Source: Escherichia phage EP75
Sequence record: MG748547
DNA: 64,000 nt
Reading direction: 5' to 3' (one strand)
In this document: positions 37,958 to 48,251 of the stretch, one piece after another
How positions within the stretch are numbered: position 1 is the first letter of the stretch
How the letters are laid out: each line of letters opens with the position of its first letter
Notes under the pieces: model-generated
What the model was told of the DNA's origin: nothing
Database searches by the model: none
The model's input: the letters and a program-made list of their open reading frames with translations, nothing else
Made by a program: the position numbers and the translations under genes

Positions 37958-40222
37958 ATGAACGAAATGTTTAGTCAAGGTGGTAAAGGTTCAACTGGAA
38001 TCTTAACCAATAAACAAGCAGTAGCCAGACACTTTGGAGTTAAACAATCTGAGGTTGTTTATTTCTCAGTTGGTGTAGATTTAGGTGGGTATAAAGTTAT
38101 CTATGACAAGGAAACGCAAAGAGCTTATTCCTTACCTGTTGGTATTGCTTCTGGTACTACTGCCGTCAGTCTTAGTACTGCTGCTGTACTTGTACATTCA
38201 GCAGGTTCTGTAGACTTAGGTGCATTAGCTGTATCTCGTGAAGAATATGTTACCTTGGCTGGGACATTTGATTCTGGCTCTACGCTTAACGTTAAAAATG
38301 AATTACTTACTTATACAGATGGTAAGTATCGCTGGGATGGGGCATTACCTAAAACTGTCGATGCTGGTTCTGCCCCAGCTTCAAGCGGTGGAGAAGGTCC
38401 TGGTGGATGGATTAGTGTTGGTGATGCTTCTCTTCGATCTTATTTAGCAACGAACTCAGGTTCTGGCGCTGTTGGCTATAGCTTCAAAGGTCTTGTGAAT
38501 GCATCCCATAGAAAAGTAAACGAGAAATTGGATGAGTATGCTAGCCTTTGGGATTTCCACTGTGACTCAAGTGGTAACGTCATCCAACCTGGGTTATCCA
38601 CAGATAGCAGGCAGTATATTCAGAACGCGGTTGACGCTATTTCTGATGCTGGCGGTGGCACATTAGTTATTCCCGTTGGTTATACATGGTATCTAAACAG
38701 CACAGACCCTGCATCTGGGCACAGCGGTATTATTCAGCTCAAGAGTAATGTCAATATCCAGATTGAAGGAACCATAAAGATAGGTCCTGCATTAGCTTCT
38801 TCATCATTTCAGATATTCGTAGGGTTCGATAATGGAAGCCCGGCTGCATCAGGCAACCTGAATAACTGTCATATCTACACTAATGGCAATGGTACAATAG
38901 ACTTTGGTGGATACGATTTTGATAACACTTCTCAATTAAGGAACGGTATTGCCTTTGGTAAGAGCTATAACTGTTCCGTGTCTCGTATTATCTTCCAAAA
39001 TGGTGATATTACATGGGCCGTAACTACAGGCTGGAATGGGTACGGTAGTGATTGTGTGGTGCGGAAGTGCCGTTTCATTAACCTCATCCAGAGCAATAAC
39101 AACGCAGACCACAGTACTGTTTACATCAACTGCCCCTACAGTGGTGTTGAGGGTTGTACATTCCGTGCCTCATCTACTCGTGCACAGATGATTGCTTGCA
39201 CTGTAGAACTACACCAGCATGATACTTGGTACAGGGATTCTTTCATCGAAGGGTATGTACGTGGGTGCTACATTGCCCTGCATGGTGTAGAGGCGGCTGG
39301 GGCTGGTACTTATATCTACAATGCTGTTGTATCAGGCGTTACTGGTGACATCTCAGGTCAGGCTATTATATTAGCAGCAGGACCTGACTCCGTGACAACT
39401 ACACACATCAATGGTGTTTCTGTGGAGAATTGCAGAATTACTGCTGGCAACCAAGCTGGAATGTGTAGCTTTATTGACTTCTTCCAGGATAGTAACTCTG
39501 ACTCAAGCCAGTACCTTATTAACCACGTTACGGTTAAGGGGTGTAGTTTTATTGTAGACCGTAATCGTGCACTCAGTGCAGCAATAACAATTAACGGCAG
39601 CATACAGGGTATTACGTTCCAAGATAACTTCTTTGACGTTAAACAAGCCATGGTGTCTGAATTGCCTTCAGGAAAAACAGTGCAGTTAGTACGGTTTAAC
39701 TGGGATGAAAGTAATATCATTGGTGATGATAACACTGGTACGCGTAATGCCCTCAATCTGTTCGAGACTCGGCGTGTCTCCAGTATGACCAAATGCAATA
39801 TATCTTTGCGTATGCGTCAGCCAAGCCCAGAGTTATTTAGCCTTATGTATTTTAGACCAAATGAAACCACTTTCAGTGACTGTACATTTGAGGTACTGCC
39901 ATACAACTGGTCGTGCACATCAGGAAACCCTATAGTTTTTGAAACTACAGATACCCCACCATCTGGAATGCGTGTTCGTTTTCCTAAGTCAATTTCATTT
40001 ACGTTGCCTGCTGGTTCGAACGCCCAACGTGCTACAGGGGGTTCTGGTTATTCTTGGGTGGCTAGAGCAGATGCTCTTGATAGGCGTAGCATTTCTGGGC
40101 AATTTGACGCTCCGGCATCTTACTCCGGATCTAGTGATGGTAAATTGATTGGAATAGGGTGGCAGTTAGACGGAGTACAGCATACCTACGACCATAATGT
40201 GTATTTGCAAAACTTTACATAA
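37958..40222 (+). CDS. tail spike protein
   Basis: shared spike module at N-terminus (VVYFSVGVDLGGYKVIYDKETQRAYSLP...GKYRWDGALPKTVDAGS). Confidence 0.7.
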   Translation: MNEMFSQGGKGSTGILTNKQAVARHFGVKQSEVVYFSVGVDLGGYKVIYDKETQRAYSLPVGIASGTTAVSLSTAAVLVHSAGSVDLGALAVSREEYVTLAGTFDSGSTLNVKNELLTYTDGKYRWDGALPKTVDAGSAPASSGGEGPGGWISVGDASLRSYLATNSGSGAVGYSFKGLVNASHRKVNEKLDEYASLWDFHCDSSGNVIQPGLSTDSRQYIQNAVDAISDAGGGTLVIPVGYTWYLNSTDPASGHSGIIQLKSNVNIQIEGTIKIGPALASSSFQIFVGFDNGSPAASGNLNNCHIYTNGNGTIDFGGYDFDNTSQLRNGIAFGKSYNCSVSRIIFQNGDITWAVTTGWNGYGSDCVVRKCRFINLIQSNNNADHSTVYINCPYSGVEGCTFRASSTRAQMIACTVELHQHDTWYRDSFIEGYVRGCYIALHGVEAAGAGTYIYNAVVSGVTGDISGQAIILAAGPDSVTTTHINGVSVENCRITAGNQAGMCSFIDFFQDSNSDSSQYLINHVTVKGCSFIVDRNRALSAAITINGSIQGITFQDNFFDVKQAMVSELPSGKTVQLVRFNWDESNIIGDDNTGTRNALNLFETRRVSSMTKCNISLRMRQPSPELFSLMYFRPNETTFSDCTFEVLPYNWSCTSGNPIVFETTDTPPSGMRVRFPKSISFTLPAGSNAQRATGGSGYSWVARADALDRRSISGQFDAPASYSGSSDGKLIGIGWQLDGVQHTYDHNVYLQNFT

Positions 40223-40235
40223 TAGATTAATTAAC

Positions 40236-40265
40236 AAAAACCCCGCTTCGGCGGGGTTTTTATTT
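40236..40265 (+). terminator. rho-independent terminator CCCCGC-TTCG-GCGGGG-TTTTTATTT
   Basis: read directly; identical core at 53781..53805. Confidence 0.65.
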
Positions 40266-40288
40266 CTATCCTGTTTGTTGGCTGTATA

Positions 40289-40295
40289 CTAAATA
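40289..40295 (+). promoter_or_regulatory. late-promoter-like motif CTAAATA
   Basis: GTATACTAAATATCTC ~35 nt upstream of the 1612-aa gene. Confidence 0.4.
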
Positions 40296-40328
40296 TCTCT
40301 ATAAAATGGCACTCTATGGAGCATCAAA

Positions 40329-43300
40329 ATGCAATCTACAAATTTAAACCGTCGCCCGTATTGGGATGACTGGAATCCTGGGAAACGTTTTTCACGGATT
40401 CTTTTTCGTCCGATGCCTATCAAGGTTCAGACTCGCGAACTGAACCAGATGCAGACTATTCTTCAGGATCAAATTGAAAAACTGGGCAACCATTTGTTCA
40501 AAGATGGTTCTATGGTTATCCCTGGTGGTCTGACGATTACCAATGCCGCAGTCTCTTTGAAATTCACTTTGGCTGGTGGTACTGAATTCACTGATCTGGA
40601 AGGTATTTCTGAACTCTACGTTTTGGGGAAGGACAATAATGCCAAAGCGCGTGTGTTGTCTCTTGAACGTGATCTGTCTGCTCCTGATACGATGCTGGCT
40701 ATCCTTGAGATGACTGAAGCGGGTAATGCTGACGGATTCCATGTTAACGATAATCTGTATTTCCAGACTTACGACGTGAATGATAATTTCATTCGTATTG
40801 GTTATGGTATCGCAGCTGCAGTGACTGGTTCTATCGTCGCTCGTATGACAAAAGGCGTTTACTTCATTCGTGGGATGTTCCTAGACGTTGATGACGCAAC
40901 TCTTATCGTTGATAAAACTTCTAACATCACTTCCCACCGCATCGGATTTAAAGTCACCGAAACTATTGTCACCGAAACAGAAGATGAATCCCTTTATTCA
41001 AATGCTCAGGGAACGATTAACTCTAAAGCCCCAGGCGCTCATCGTCTTCGAATAGATCTGGTCTTATCTCGATTTGATTATGATGCTGTGGTTGAAGACT
41101 TTGTTGAACTGGCCAAAGTTCGTGAAGGTAAAATCCAGTCTATGGTGACTCAGTCCACCTATAATATTCTGGAAGACACGTTAGCCCAACGGACTTATGA
41201 AACCAATGGCGATTACAACGTTTCAACCCACCAGATCGATATTCGTGAACACCTGAAAGTCAATAACAATGGCGGGGTATTCAATGCCGCTGATGGCGGT
41301 GACGAGAGCAAATTTGTTTCTGTGATGAAACCAGGCATATCCTATGTTCGCGGTCGACGTATCGAAAACGTCGGGGAAGAGTTGGTGATCGTTGATAAGG
41401 CGCGGGATACCGATGTCCTGAACAACACCCCTGTTGCGGTGGCCACAGGCAATTATCTGGTCACTAAGAATTCTAAAGGTGTGCCAGTGATATCCCGCAC
41501 CGTTCGATACAAATTACTGAATGCTTCAGGCGTTACCCAGGCTACAGCACTTTGTATATCAGCTGAACGTAATTCAACAGAATTTCGTCTGTATATGCGC
41601 GACCTGGTCGTTACTGGCGATGCATCCACTATCACCAAAGTGTCTTACGAAGAAAGCGGTATCACCATGTTCTCTGCTGAACTGGAATCCAATCAGTTTA
41701 ACCAGAGTTCTATGATAGATCTGATCTTCTCTCTTCCGGTATTCGGTGTCAAGACTTTAGCACCAACTGGCTCCGTGGATATCAACTACACTGTTCTCAG
41801 AACGTATAAAGTGACGTTGGACAACAGCGGCGCGGGTTCTATTTCTGCTCCATTGGGATATAGTTTTTCCCCAGAATTTTCGTTATACTCTGCAGCGAAA
41901 TCAGATGGTTCGGAAGCGCAGTTCGATATCTCTGGTTCTTTGTCTTTGACTGGTTCTCCGGTCGGTTCGGCGCTGCAGATTTCTCTGGGCAGTGGTAATG
42001 CTAACCAGTCAATCAATTTGCTGGCGCTGATGATTCGTACCACGGCCACAATCAAAACGAAGACCATCACTGAAACAACTGAAACAGTGACGTTCACCTC
42101 GCAGACTAGCCGCCCTTTGGCGAATCACGATGGTTGGAAATTGGTGTCGGTCAAAAACGATACTGGCGCAGACGTGACCTCCAGCTTCGTCCTAGATGGC
42201 GGACAGCGTGATGCAGGGTATTACAAGTCTAACTTGTTATCCAGCGCTGGAGCAATCTCAGGGACGTATACAGTGGTGTATCAATACTTCGCCCACAGTT
42301 CCGGTGATTTCTTCTCTGCTGATTCGTATACTTCGATGGATTATAAAGATATCCCGAATTATACATCTTCTACATCAGGCGCGGTGTACGGCCTGGCAGA
42401 TAGTTTGGATTTCCGTCCGAAAATCACCAACGGAACTTCTGACACAGATATGGTTCGTCCAAACACTGCAGTTATTCTGGACACAGAATATTATCTGCCG
42501 CGTATTGACGCGATTTATCTGGCAGACAACGGCGTGTTCGGAGTGGCTCGTGGCATCAGTTCGAACAATCTGGCTTCTCCAGCAATCCCAGCGAACGCCA
42601 TGCGTTTGTATGAATTGTTGATCCCGCCGTATACACCGAATATTGATGATATTCAAATTCGAACTATTGATAATCGTCGTTATACGATGCGCGATATCGG
42701 TAAACTGGAAACCCGTATTTCCAATGTTGAATACTATACCTCTCTGTCACAGCTGGAATCTTCAGCGATGACACAGCAAGTGTTCGACCCCATCACGGGT
42801 AATCCCCGTTTCAAAAATGGTATTGCGGCTGATCCGTTCAAAGACTTCCGGTTGATTGATGACTTGTCTGAAGATTGGATGGGTTCTATCGATACCGAAA
42901 ACGGACGTCTGCGCCCGTTTGTACAACAAAACGTTGTTGACATGACTCCTGTTGGCTGGAACAAAGTGATGGATGGGATGGTGGTTTGCAATTACACGCC
43001 TGAAATCTCAGTGAACCAAGAATATGCGACGACGACGATCAACGTTAACCCGTATGCAGTATTCAATTGGGAAGGTTTCTTGAAGATTAACCCGACCACA
43101 GACTACTGGTTCGAAAACTATTATGTTGCGCCGCGTATTATCAATGAAACGATCAACACCCGTGGTACTGTACAAGAAGGTTCAGTGTACGGAACATGGC
43201 GTACTGTTTCTGTTTCTGATCGTGTTTGGGAACCGCATGGCGCTGGTGGTGTGTGGTGGGGATATCGTTACCGCACGACTGTTTCTGCCCGTGATGTCAC

Positions 43301-45167
43301 CACATATACATACACGGACAAAACAACCACGACCATGACTGGTGAACAGATTGTGGAGACGCAAGTTATCCCATACATGCGCGAGATCGATATTTCTTTC
43401 GACGCATCTGGGCTGCGACCTTTCACTCGTATGTATGCGTTTTTCTCTGGTCGTGACGTTAATCTGTATTGCAAACCGAATGGTGGTAATTTCGGAGACC
43501 CAATCACCACTGATGCCAATGGTGCTGTTAAAGGTGTATTCCGCGTTCCACAGAACGATACAATCAAGTTCAACACAGGCGACAACGTGTTCCGCTTAAC
43601 GGATAGCCCTGTTGACAGTAAATCTGCGGATGATACACTGACCAATGCAGAAATTGTTCATAAATCTTTCGGTAAGAAACAAGGTATTCAAAAGACCTTT
43701 GTCAACACTCGTGTCCTGGGTTACACTGCTAGTACTCGCACCGAAACTTCTACTTCTGAAGTGGTTGTTGATCAATGGCGTGATCCGATTGCCCAATCGT
43801 TTATGGTGGCGACTAAGAATGGCGGCGAGTATATCGAAGGCGTGGAAGTATTCTTCTCTACCAAGTCACGTGATGTTCCGATCACTCTGGAAATTCGCGA
43901 GATGGAGAATGGCTTACCTTCTCATACAGTCATTACTCGTAAAACTTTGAACCCGTCTGAAGTAACGATCTCTACAGACTCTTCCGGCGGTACGAAGTTC
44001 ACCTTTGATTATCCGGTGTATCTGCAAGCATCGACTGAGTTTGCTATCGTTTTGTTGGCGAATACTCAGGATTACAACGCGTATATCGCGGAAATGGGCA
44101 AGAAAAACCTTCTGTCCAACGAATATATCGCCAAACAACCGTATACGGGGGTGTTCTTCACTTCTTCAAACGGTTCAACTTGGTCTCCGAACCAAATGGC
44201 CGATATGAAATTCCGCATATATCGTTGCAACTTTGCGGCTGGTCAGAACGTTGTAACATTTGATCCGAAGCTCGGGCCAAAACAACGTCCGTTGGGATTG
44301 AACACTCTGAACTGCGTAAGCGGGTCTTCTGTTGTGACTGTGTTTGCACCTGGTCATGGTTTGGTTGCTGGGAACAATGTCACGCTTTCTGAATTGACAG
44401 GCGGTTGTGGCTTTACTCCTGAACAACTTAACAAAACGTTTACTGTGACAGATGCGAGCTATACTTCATTCAAGATTGACGTCGGTACGGCAGCAGACAG
44501 CAATGGACAAATCGGTGGAGATAATGCTTCTTTCTTGGGCAATTATCTGGTTGATATGTTCTATGCCAGCGTTACCAATTCGGCTCTGGAAGGTTCAATT
44601 CTGAAATTGGAATACCGTTATCGCGATGCCACTTCAAATTCTATGTCTGATTGGGCTGAGTTTGAAACTGACACTGACGTGGCATTGCCGACTGAAGGTA
44701 TCTATCGTCAGGTCGGGGATTTCCAAATCCGAGCCACCATGACGCGTAGTGAAAACAACGTGTACACTGCTCCAATGATTGATGGTGATGACCTAAGTGT
44801 GATCTTCAACTCTTATGGCGTAGATCCTTTTGAAGACGTTTTCAAATATGTCACAAAGGACATTGGTTTCGATAACCCATGTTCGACTGTGAAACTGTTC
44901 TTCGGGGCGATGCTGCCTTCTCAATCCTCCATGAAGGTGCAGGTGAAACTTCTAAGAGCAGGGCAAGAGATGGATAGTGTGGCTTGGGAAGACGTCACCC
45001 CAACTTCGCCTCTGGTTAACGACGGTTCCACATTCTTTGAATATGAGTATGACAAGACTGTGGCGAGCAATAACCCGTTTGTTGGCCTGAAAGTCCGAGC
45101 GCTTGTACGGGGGAACCGCGTTGCTCCTCCATCATTCAAAGACTTCCGTCTTATTGCTCTGGCATAA
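40329..45167 (+). CDS. large virion structural protein (1612 aa; baseplate/tail-fibre class, possibly gp7-like)
   Basis: size and position between tail spikes and neck genes; no catalytic motifs recognised. Confidence 0.5.
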   Translation: MQSTNLNRRPYWDDWNPGKRFSRILFRPMPIKVQTRELNQMQTILQDQIEKLGNHLFKDGSMVIPGGLTITNAAVSLKFTLAGGTEFTDLEGISELYVLGKDNNAKARVLSLERDLSAPDTMLAILEMTEAGNADGFHVNDNLYFQTYDVNDNFIRIGYGIAAAVTGSIVARMTKGVYFIRGMFLDVDDATLIVDKTSNITSHRIGFKVTETIVTETEDESLYSNAQGTINSKAPGAHRLRIDLVLSRFDYDAVVEDFVELAKVREGKIQSMVTQSTYNILEDTLAQRTYETNGDYNVSTHQIDIREHLKVNNNGGVFNAADGGDESKFVSVMKPGISYVRGRRIENVGEELVIVDKARDTDVLNNTPVAVATGNYLVTKNSKGVPVISRTVRYKLLNASGVTQATALCISAERNSTEFRLYMRDLVVTGDASTITKVSYEESGITMFSAELESNQFNQSSMIDLIFSLPVFGVKTLAPTGSVDINYTVLRTYKVTLDNSGAGSISAPLGYSFSPEFSLYSAAKSDGSEAQFDISGSLSLTGSPVGSALQISLGSGNANQSINLLALMIRTTATIKTKTITETTETVTFTSQTSRPLANHDGWKLVSVKNDTGADVTSSFVLDGGQRDAGYYKSNLLSSAGAISGTYTVVYQYFAHSSGDFFSADSYTSMDYKDIPNYTSSTSGAVYGLADSLDFRPKITNGTSDTDMVRPNTAVILDTEYYLPRIDAIYLADNGVFGVARGISSNNLASPAIPANAMRLYELLIPPYTPNIDDIQIRTIDNRRYTMRDIGKLETRISNVEYYTSLSQLESSAMTQQVFDPITGNPRFKNGIAADPFKDFRLIDDLSEDWMGSIDTENGRLRPFVQQNVVDMTPVGWNKVMDGMVVCNYTPEISVNQEYATTTINVNPYAVFNWEGFLKINPTTDYWFENYYVAPRIINETINTRGTVQEGSVYGTWRTVSVSDRVWEPHGAGGVWWGYRYRTTVSARDVTTYTYTDKTTTTMTGEQIVETQVIPYMREIDISFDASGLRPFTRMYAFFSGRDVNLYCKPNGGNFGDPITTDANGAVKGVFRVPQNDTIKFNTGDNVFRLTDSPVDSKSADDTLTNAEIVHKSFGKKQGIQKTFVNTRVLGYTASTRTETSTSEVVVDQWRDPIAQSFMVATKNGGEYIEGVEVFFSTKSRDVPITLEIREMENGLPSHTVITRKTLNPSEVTISTDSSGGTKFTFDYPVYLQASTEFAIVLLANTQDYNAYIAEMGKKNLLSNEYIAKQPYTGVFFTSSNGSTWSPNQMADMKFRIYRCNFAAGQNVVTFDPKLGPKQRPLGLNTLNCVSGSSVVTVFAPGHGLVAGNNVTLSELTGGCGFTPEQLNKTFTVTDASYTSFKIDVGTAADSNGQIGGDNASFLGNYLVDMFYASVTNSALEGSILKLEYRYRDATSNSMSDWAEFETDTDVALPTEGIYRQVGDFQIRATMTRSENNVYTAPMIDGDDLSVIFNSYGVDPFEDVFKYVTKDIGFDNPCSTVKLFFGAMLPSQSSMKVQVKLLRAGQEMDSVAWEDVTPTSPLVNDGSTFFEYEYDKTVASNNPFVGLKVRALVRGNRVAPPSFKDFRLIALA

Positions 45168-45219
45168 ATAATGTTGAAAGGTGGGCGTAAAGCCCACCAA
45201 ACCAATAGAGGATAAAGAT

Positions 45220-45468
45220 ATGCGTGGAATGAAAGTACAGGGGCACGCATCCATGTTGAGAAGCAGTTCTTGCCCTGGCGCGATTATTTGCACCGATCAC
45301 GCCGCTGGTATGGCTGCATTGCAAGCCCGTCAACGCAATGAAACCCGTGAAGCCACCATTGTTGAACAATCAAACCAGATATCTAATCTGGAGGCAACAA
45401 TCAAAATGATGGCCGAAAAGTTGGGGATTGAAATCCCCGAAGGAGGTCAGAATGGCGACGCAAGCTGA
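45220..45468 (+). CDS. hypothetical small protein
   Basis: trimmed to ATG with AGAGGA RBS (ORF track starts at GTG). Confidence 0.35.
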   Translation: MRGMKVQGHASMLRSSSCPGAIICTDHAAGMAALQARQRNETREATIVEQSNQISNLEATIKMMAEKLGIEIPEGGQNGDAS

Positions 45469-45793
45469 AAGAACGGGGCTTGACATCCGTGGTATCTTAA
45501 CCGCTGTCGTGGCTTCTGCATTGGTCTCGGCAGCATCGTTCCTTTGGTTCATGGGCGGGATGGAAACGCGCGTGAATGTATTGGAACGAGATTCCAACAA
45601 GATGGATCAAGTTCTTCAGAAAGTGAATGACATGAGTGAACGTATGGCGATCATGAATACTGACCTCGCATATGTCAAACAAAACATGGCTGAGTTAAAA
45701 CTCAATAGCAGCAGTCTTTCAGATGATGTTCGCACACTGCGGATTACTGTATCTGATTTGCAGCAAAAGGGGAATAACAATGGCCGTCAATAA
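45452..45793 (+). CDS. membrane-anchored coiled-coil protein
   Basis: trimmed to MATQAERTG with GAAGGAGG RBS; one TM helix then heptad-like region. Confidence 0.4.
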   Translation: MATQAERTGLDIRGILTAVVASALVSAASFLWFMGGMETRVNVLERDSNKMDQVLQKVNDMSERMAIMNTDLAYVKQNMAELKLNSSSLSDDVRTLRITVSDLQQKGNNNGRQ

Positions 45794-46532
45794 GATTCGA
45801 GACAAAAAATCTTTTATGAATTATGTCTTGCGTAAATTGGGCGCTCCTGTGATCCAAATTAACCTTGACAGTTCACAAGTCGAAGATGCAGTCGATGATG
45901 CTCTGCAGAAATTTTGGGAATATCATCGTGATGGTAGCCAAGATGCGTTCTTCCTGTACCAAGTTAAACAAGAAGATATCGACAAGGGATATATAGAATT
46001 CCCCGATGATATTGACGATGTGATTGAAGTTATCCCTGGACCTCCTATTGAGTCAATCGGAAACTGGGCAACTCCTCAATGGCAAATGGCTCAAGCAATG
46101 CTTGTCCCCAAAGCAGCGCTGGTTTCTATTCGTCTCATTGATTATGTTTCCATGCAACAACGTCTGTCGGATATCACAAGCGTCTTAAATGTTCGCCGTA
46201 ATTTTGTGTACAAGAAGTTCCAGCGACGCCTTTACCCGCAGTTTGCTGCCATTGTTGATGAAACCCTGGCTTTTCGTTGTTATCAAAATATCGACCCCGA
46301 ATCGGAAGAAAACGCTGAAGCATGGAATGATATGTGGTTGAAAGCGTATGCGACTGCATTGGTCAAGCGCCGTTGGGCAGAGGTGCTTAAGAAGGCAAGA
46401 GGCATCCGTCTCCCTGGTGGTATCGAACTGGATGGTGATAGTATGTTCAGTGAGGCCGAGACCGAGATAGAGCGGCTGGAGGAAGAATTGCGTACTGGTC
46501 AGCAATACCCTATCGATTTTATGATGGGATAA
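45780..46532 (+). CDS. neck protein (T4 gp13-like)
   Basis: position immediately upstream of gp14-like gene in T4 order; start trimmed to MAVNKIR. Confidence 0.45.
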   Translation: MAVNKIRDKKSFMNYVLRKLGAPVIQINLDSSQVEDAVDDALQKFWEYHRDGSQDAFFLYQVKQEDIDKGYIEFPDDIDDVIEVIPGPPIESIGNWATPQWQMAQAMLVPKAALVSIRLIDYVSMQQRLSDITSVLNVRRNFVYKKFQRRLYPQFAAIVDETLAFRCYQNIDPESEENAEAWNDMWLKAYATALVKRRWAEVLKKARGIRLPGGIELDGDSMFSEAETEIERLEEELRTGQQYPIDFMMG

Positions 46533-46535
46533 GAG

Positions 46536-46565
46536 AAGGCGGGTTATCCCGCCTTTCTTTTTATA
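46536..46565. terminator. bidirectional terminator AAGGCGGG-TTAT-CCCGCCTT + TCTTTTTAT
   Basis: between convergent genes. Confidence 0.55.
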
Positions 46566-46773
46566 ACTTGATGTCGCGTCCGGAAGGATCTGAATTTGCT
46601 AGAATATAACCATCAACCACGTTCTTTTCGTCCCACCATTCAATAAAATCATTACCCTTTTCGCCTTTGATAAGACCCACAATGTTATATGAACCATCGG
46701 CGATTTTAGCATCTACACAGATAATTCTCACACGCCTTCCGTCACGAGTTTCTTTAATATCTTCAACCTTCAT
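46561..46773 (-). CDS. hypothetical small protein
   Basis: 70-aa ORF adjacent to endonuclease cassette. Confidence 0.4.
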   Translation of the reverse strand: MKVEDIKETRDGRRVRIICVDAKIADGSYNIVGLIKGEKGNDFIEWWDEKNVVDGYILANSDPSGRDIKL

Positions 46774-46800
46774 TTATCAATTCCTCAAAAGAATTAATGA

Positions 46801-46857
46801 TTGACTAAATACCTTCAAAATTGAGGGTAAAGTCATGGCTACTTCAAAATATTTCTG
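46801..46857 (+). repeat. 57-bp degenerate direct repeat of the gp14 promoter/5' end (copy 1, truncated after 7 codons)
   Basis: ACTAAATAccTTcAAAaTTGAGGgtAAAgTcATGGCTACTTC vs 47577..47633. Confidence 0.6.
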
Positions 46858-47549
46858 ATAAAATCTACGACTGATCCATCGTATACAAACCATTCGGTAG
46901 CACCGTCAAAATCCTTATACCCCGCGCTCTTACACATTCTATGGGCAATTCTTTCCAACCTGGAAACAAATAATCCGTCGGTTGAATTAAATATTTCTAG
47001 AACGTTGAAGTAAAACGGGGTGGTGCTTCTCAAACAATTTATACGTTTCTTAGGCGAGTTGGTTATTCCCACTTTCATACAACCTTCGTCGTTGACTAGA
47101 ATATATAAGAAACCTTCCTTAGAATAATTGTAACCCGATTCTGCGCAATACGGACACCAACTTCGGCTGTTGACTAAATTACCGTACCTGGATTCCCACC
47201 TGTGCGTTTCAGAACATTCCATGACACAAATTGTCACGTTGTCTTTGTACTTCCCGCCAATGAAATTTATGAATTTACCACCGTTGCTTACGGCGTACTC
47301 CGATATCCTGATTTTAGCTTCTTCATTTGAGATCTTCTTGTTTCCACGACACGAAGGACACCAACTTCCTTTATTTATCAAATTCGCATAAGTTGCTGAG
47401 TTCCATTCATGACCAAATTCGCAAGACAAAATGCACTTAGTTTGGTTGGTGACAAATTTACCACCGACAAATCCGTGAAATATTCCACCTCTAGAAGAAG
47501 CATATGATTTGATTCTTTTAGAAGCAATTCCTTCTGTCAGGACGATCAT
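46839..47549 (-). mobile_element. free-standing endonuclease-like gene: two zinc-ribbon repeats (CxxC...WCPxC) + C-terminal T5orf172/GIY-YIG-like domain
   Basis: 236-aa ORF opposite to flanking late genes; repeated GGKF...GHEW...NL(I/V)N.GSWCP(S/Y)C; C-terminal GFLYILVN...KVGIT...R; flanked by direct repeats. Confidence 0.5.
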
Positions 47550-47576
47550 ATTGATTCACCTTAAAAACAAATTCAA

Positions 47577-47583
47577 CTAAATA
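47577..47583 (+). promoter_or_regulatory. late-promoter-like motif CTAAATA
   Basis: 24 nt upstream of gp14-like ATG; part of repeat copy 2. Confidence 0.4.
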
Positions 47584-47607
47584 TATTTAAATCTTGAGGA
47601 AAATATT

Positions 47608-48249
47608 ATGGCTACTTCTCGATACTTCAATTACACTGCACACCAAGGTACTCAAAAATTAATTGATGACTTGGTGGTCGAGATGATACAATTGCGTGGG
47701 ATTGACGTCAAGTATATCCCACGTTCTATTGTTGAAAAATACCCAATTTTAAACGAGGCTGAACACAAATTCGACCAAGCGTTTGACATCGAAGTGTACA
47801 TGCAGGATTATCAAGGCTTCAACACACAGATGTGGGAAAAGTTCGGCGGTATCCAATTACAAGATGAAGTGACCTTCACTATTGCTCGTCGTCGTTTTTC
47901 AGAAGTTATTGGTAATGGTCCAGGCCTTGAACAAATGCCTCAAGAAGGTGATTTGATATATCTGCCTATGGCTAACAAAATATTTAAAGTGAATAACCCG
48001 AACAACGATGAAGAATTCATGCAATTTGGGAAATGGTACACATATTCCCTACCATGTACGTTGTTCCAATACGGTAACGAAGATTTCGATACAGGTGTAT
48101 CTGAAATAGACGATATCGATAAACGATTGCAGGATCTGGAAGGAGACGGTGTGTACAAAGACGCCAGCCTGCAAACGGATAACCAATTTGCGGACGAAAT
48201 AGAGAAAGATCTTTCGCCCAATAAAATGAAGATAGACTTCGGGGAATAA
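47608..48249 (+). CDS. neck protein (T4 gp14-like)
   Basis: IQLRGIDVKYIPR and EGDLIYLPMANKIFKVNNP resemble remembered T4 gp14 segments. Confidence 0.55.
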   Translation: MATSRYFNYTAHQGTQKLIDDLVVEMIQLRGIDVKYIPRSIVEKYPILNEAEHKFDQAFDIEVYMQDYQGFNTQMWEKFGGIQLQDEVTFTIARRRFSEVIGNGPGLEQMPQEGDLIYLPMANKIFKVNNPNNDEEFMQFGKWYTYSLPCTLFQYGNEDFDTGVSEIDDIDKRLQDLEGDGVYKDASLQTDNQFADEIEKDLSPNKMKIDFGE

Positions 48250-48251
48250 TC

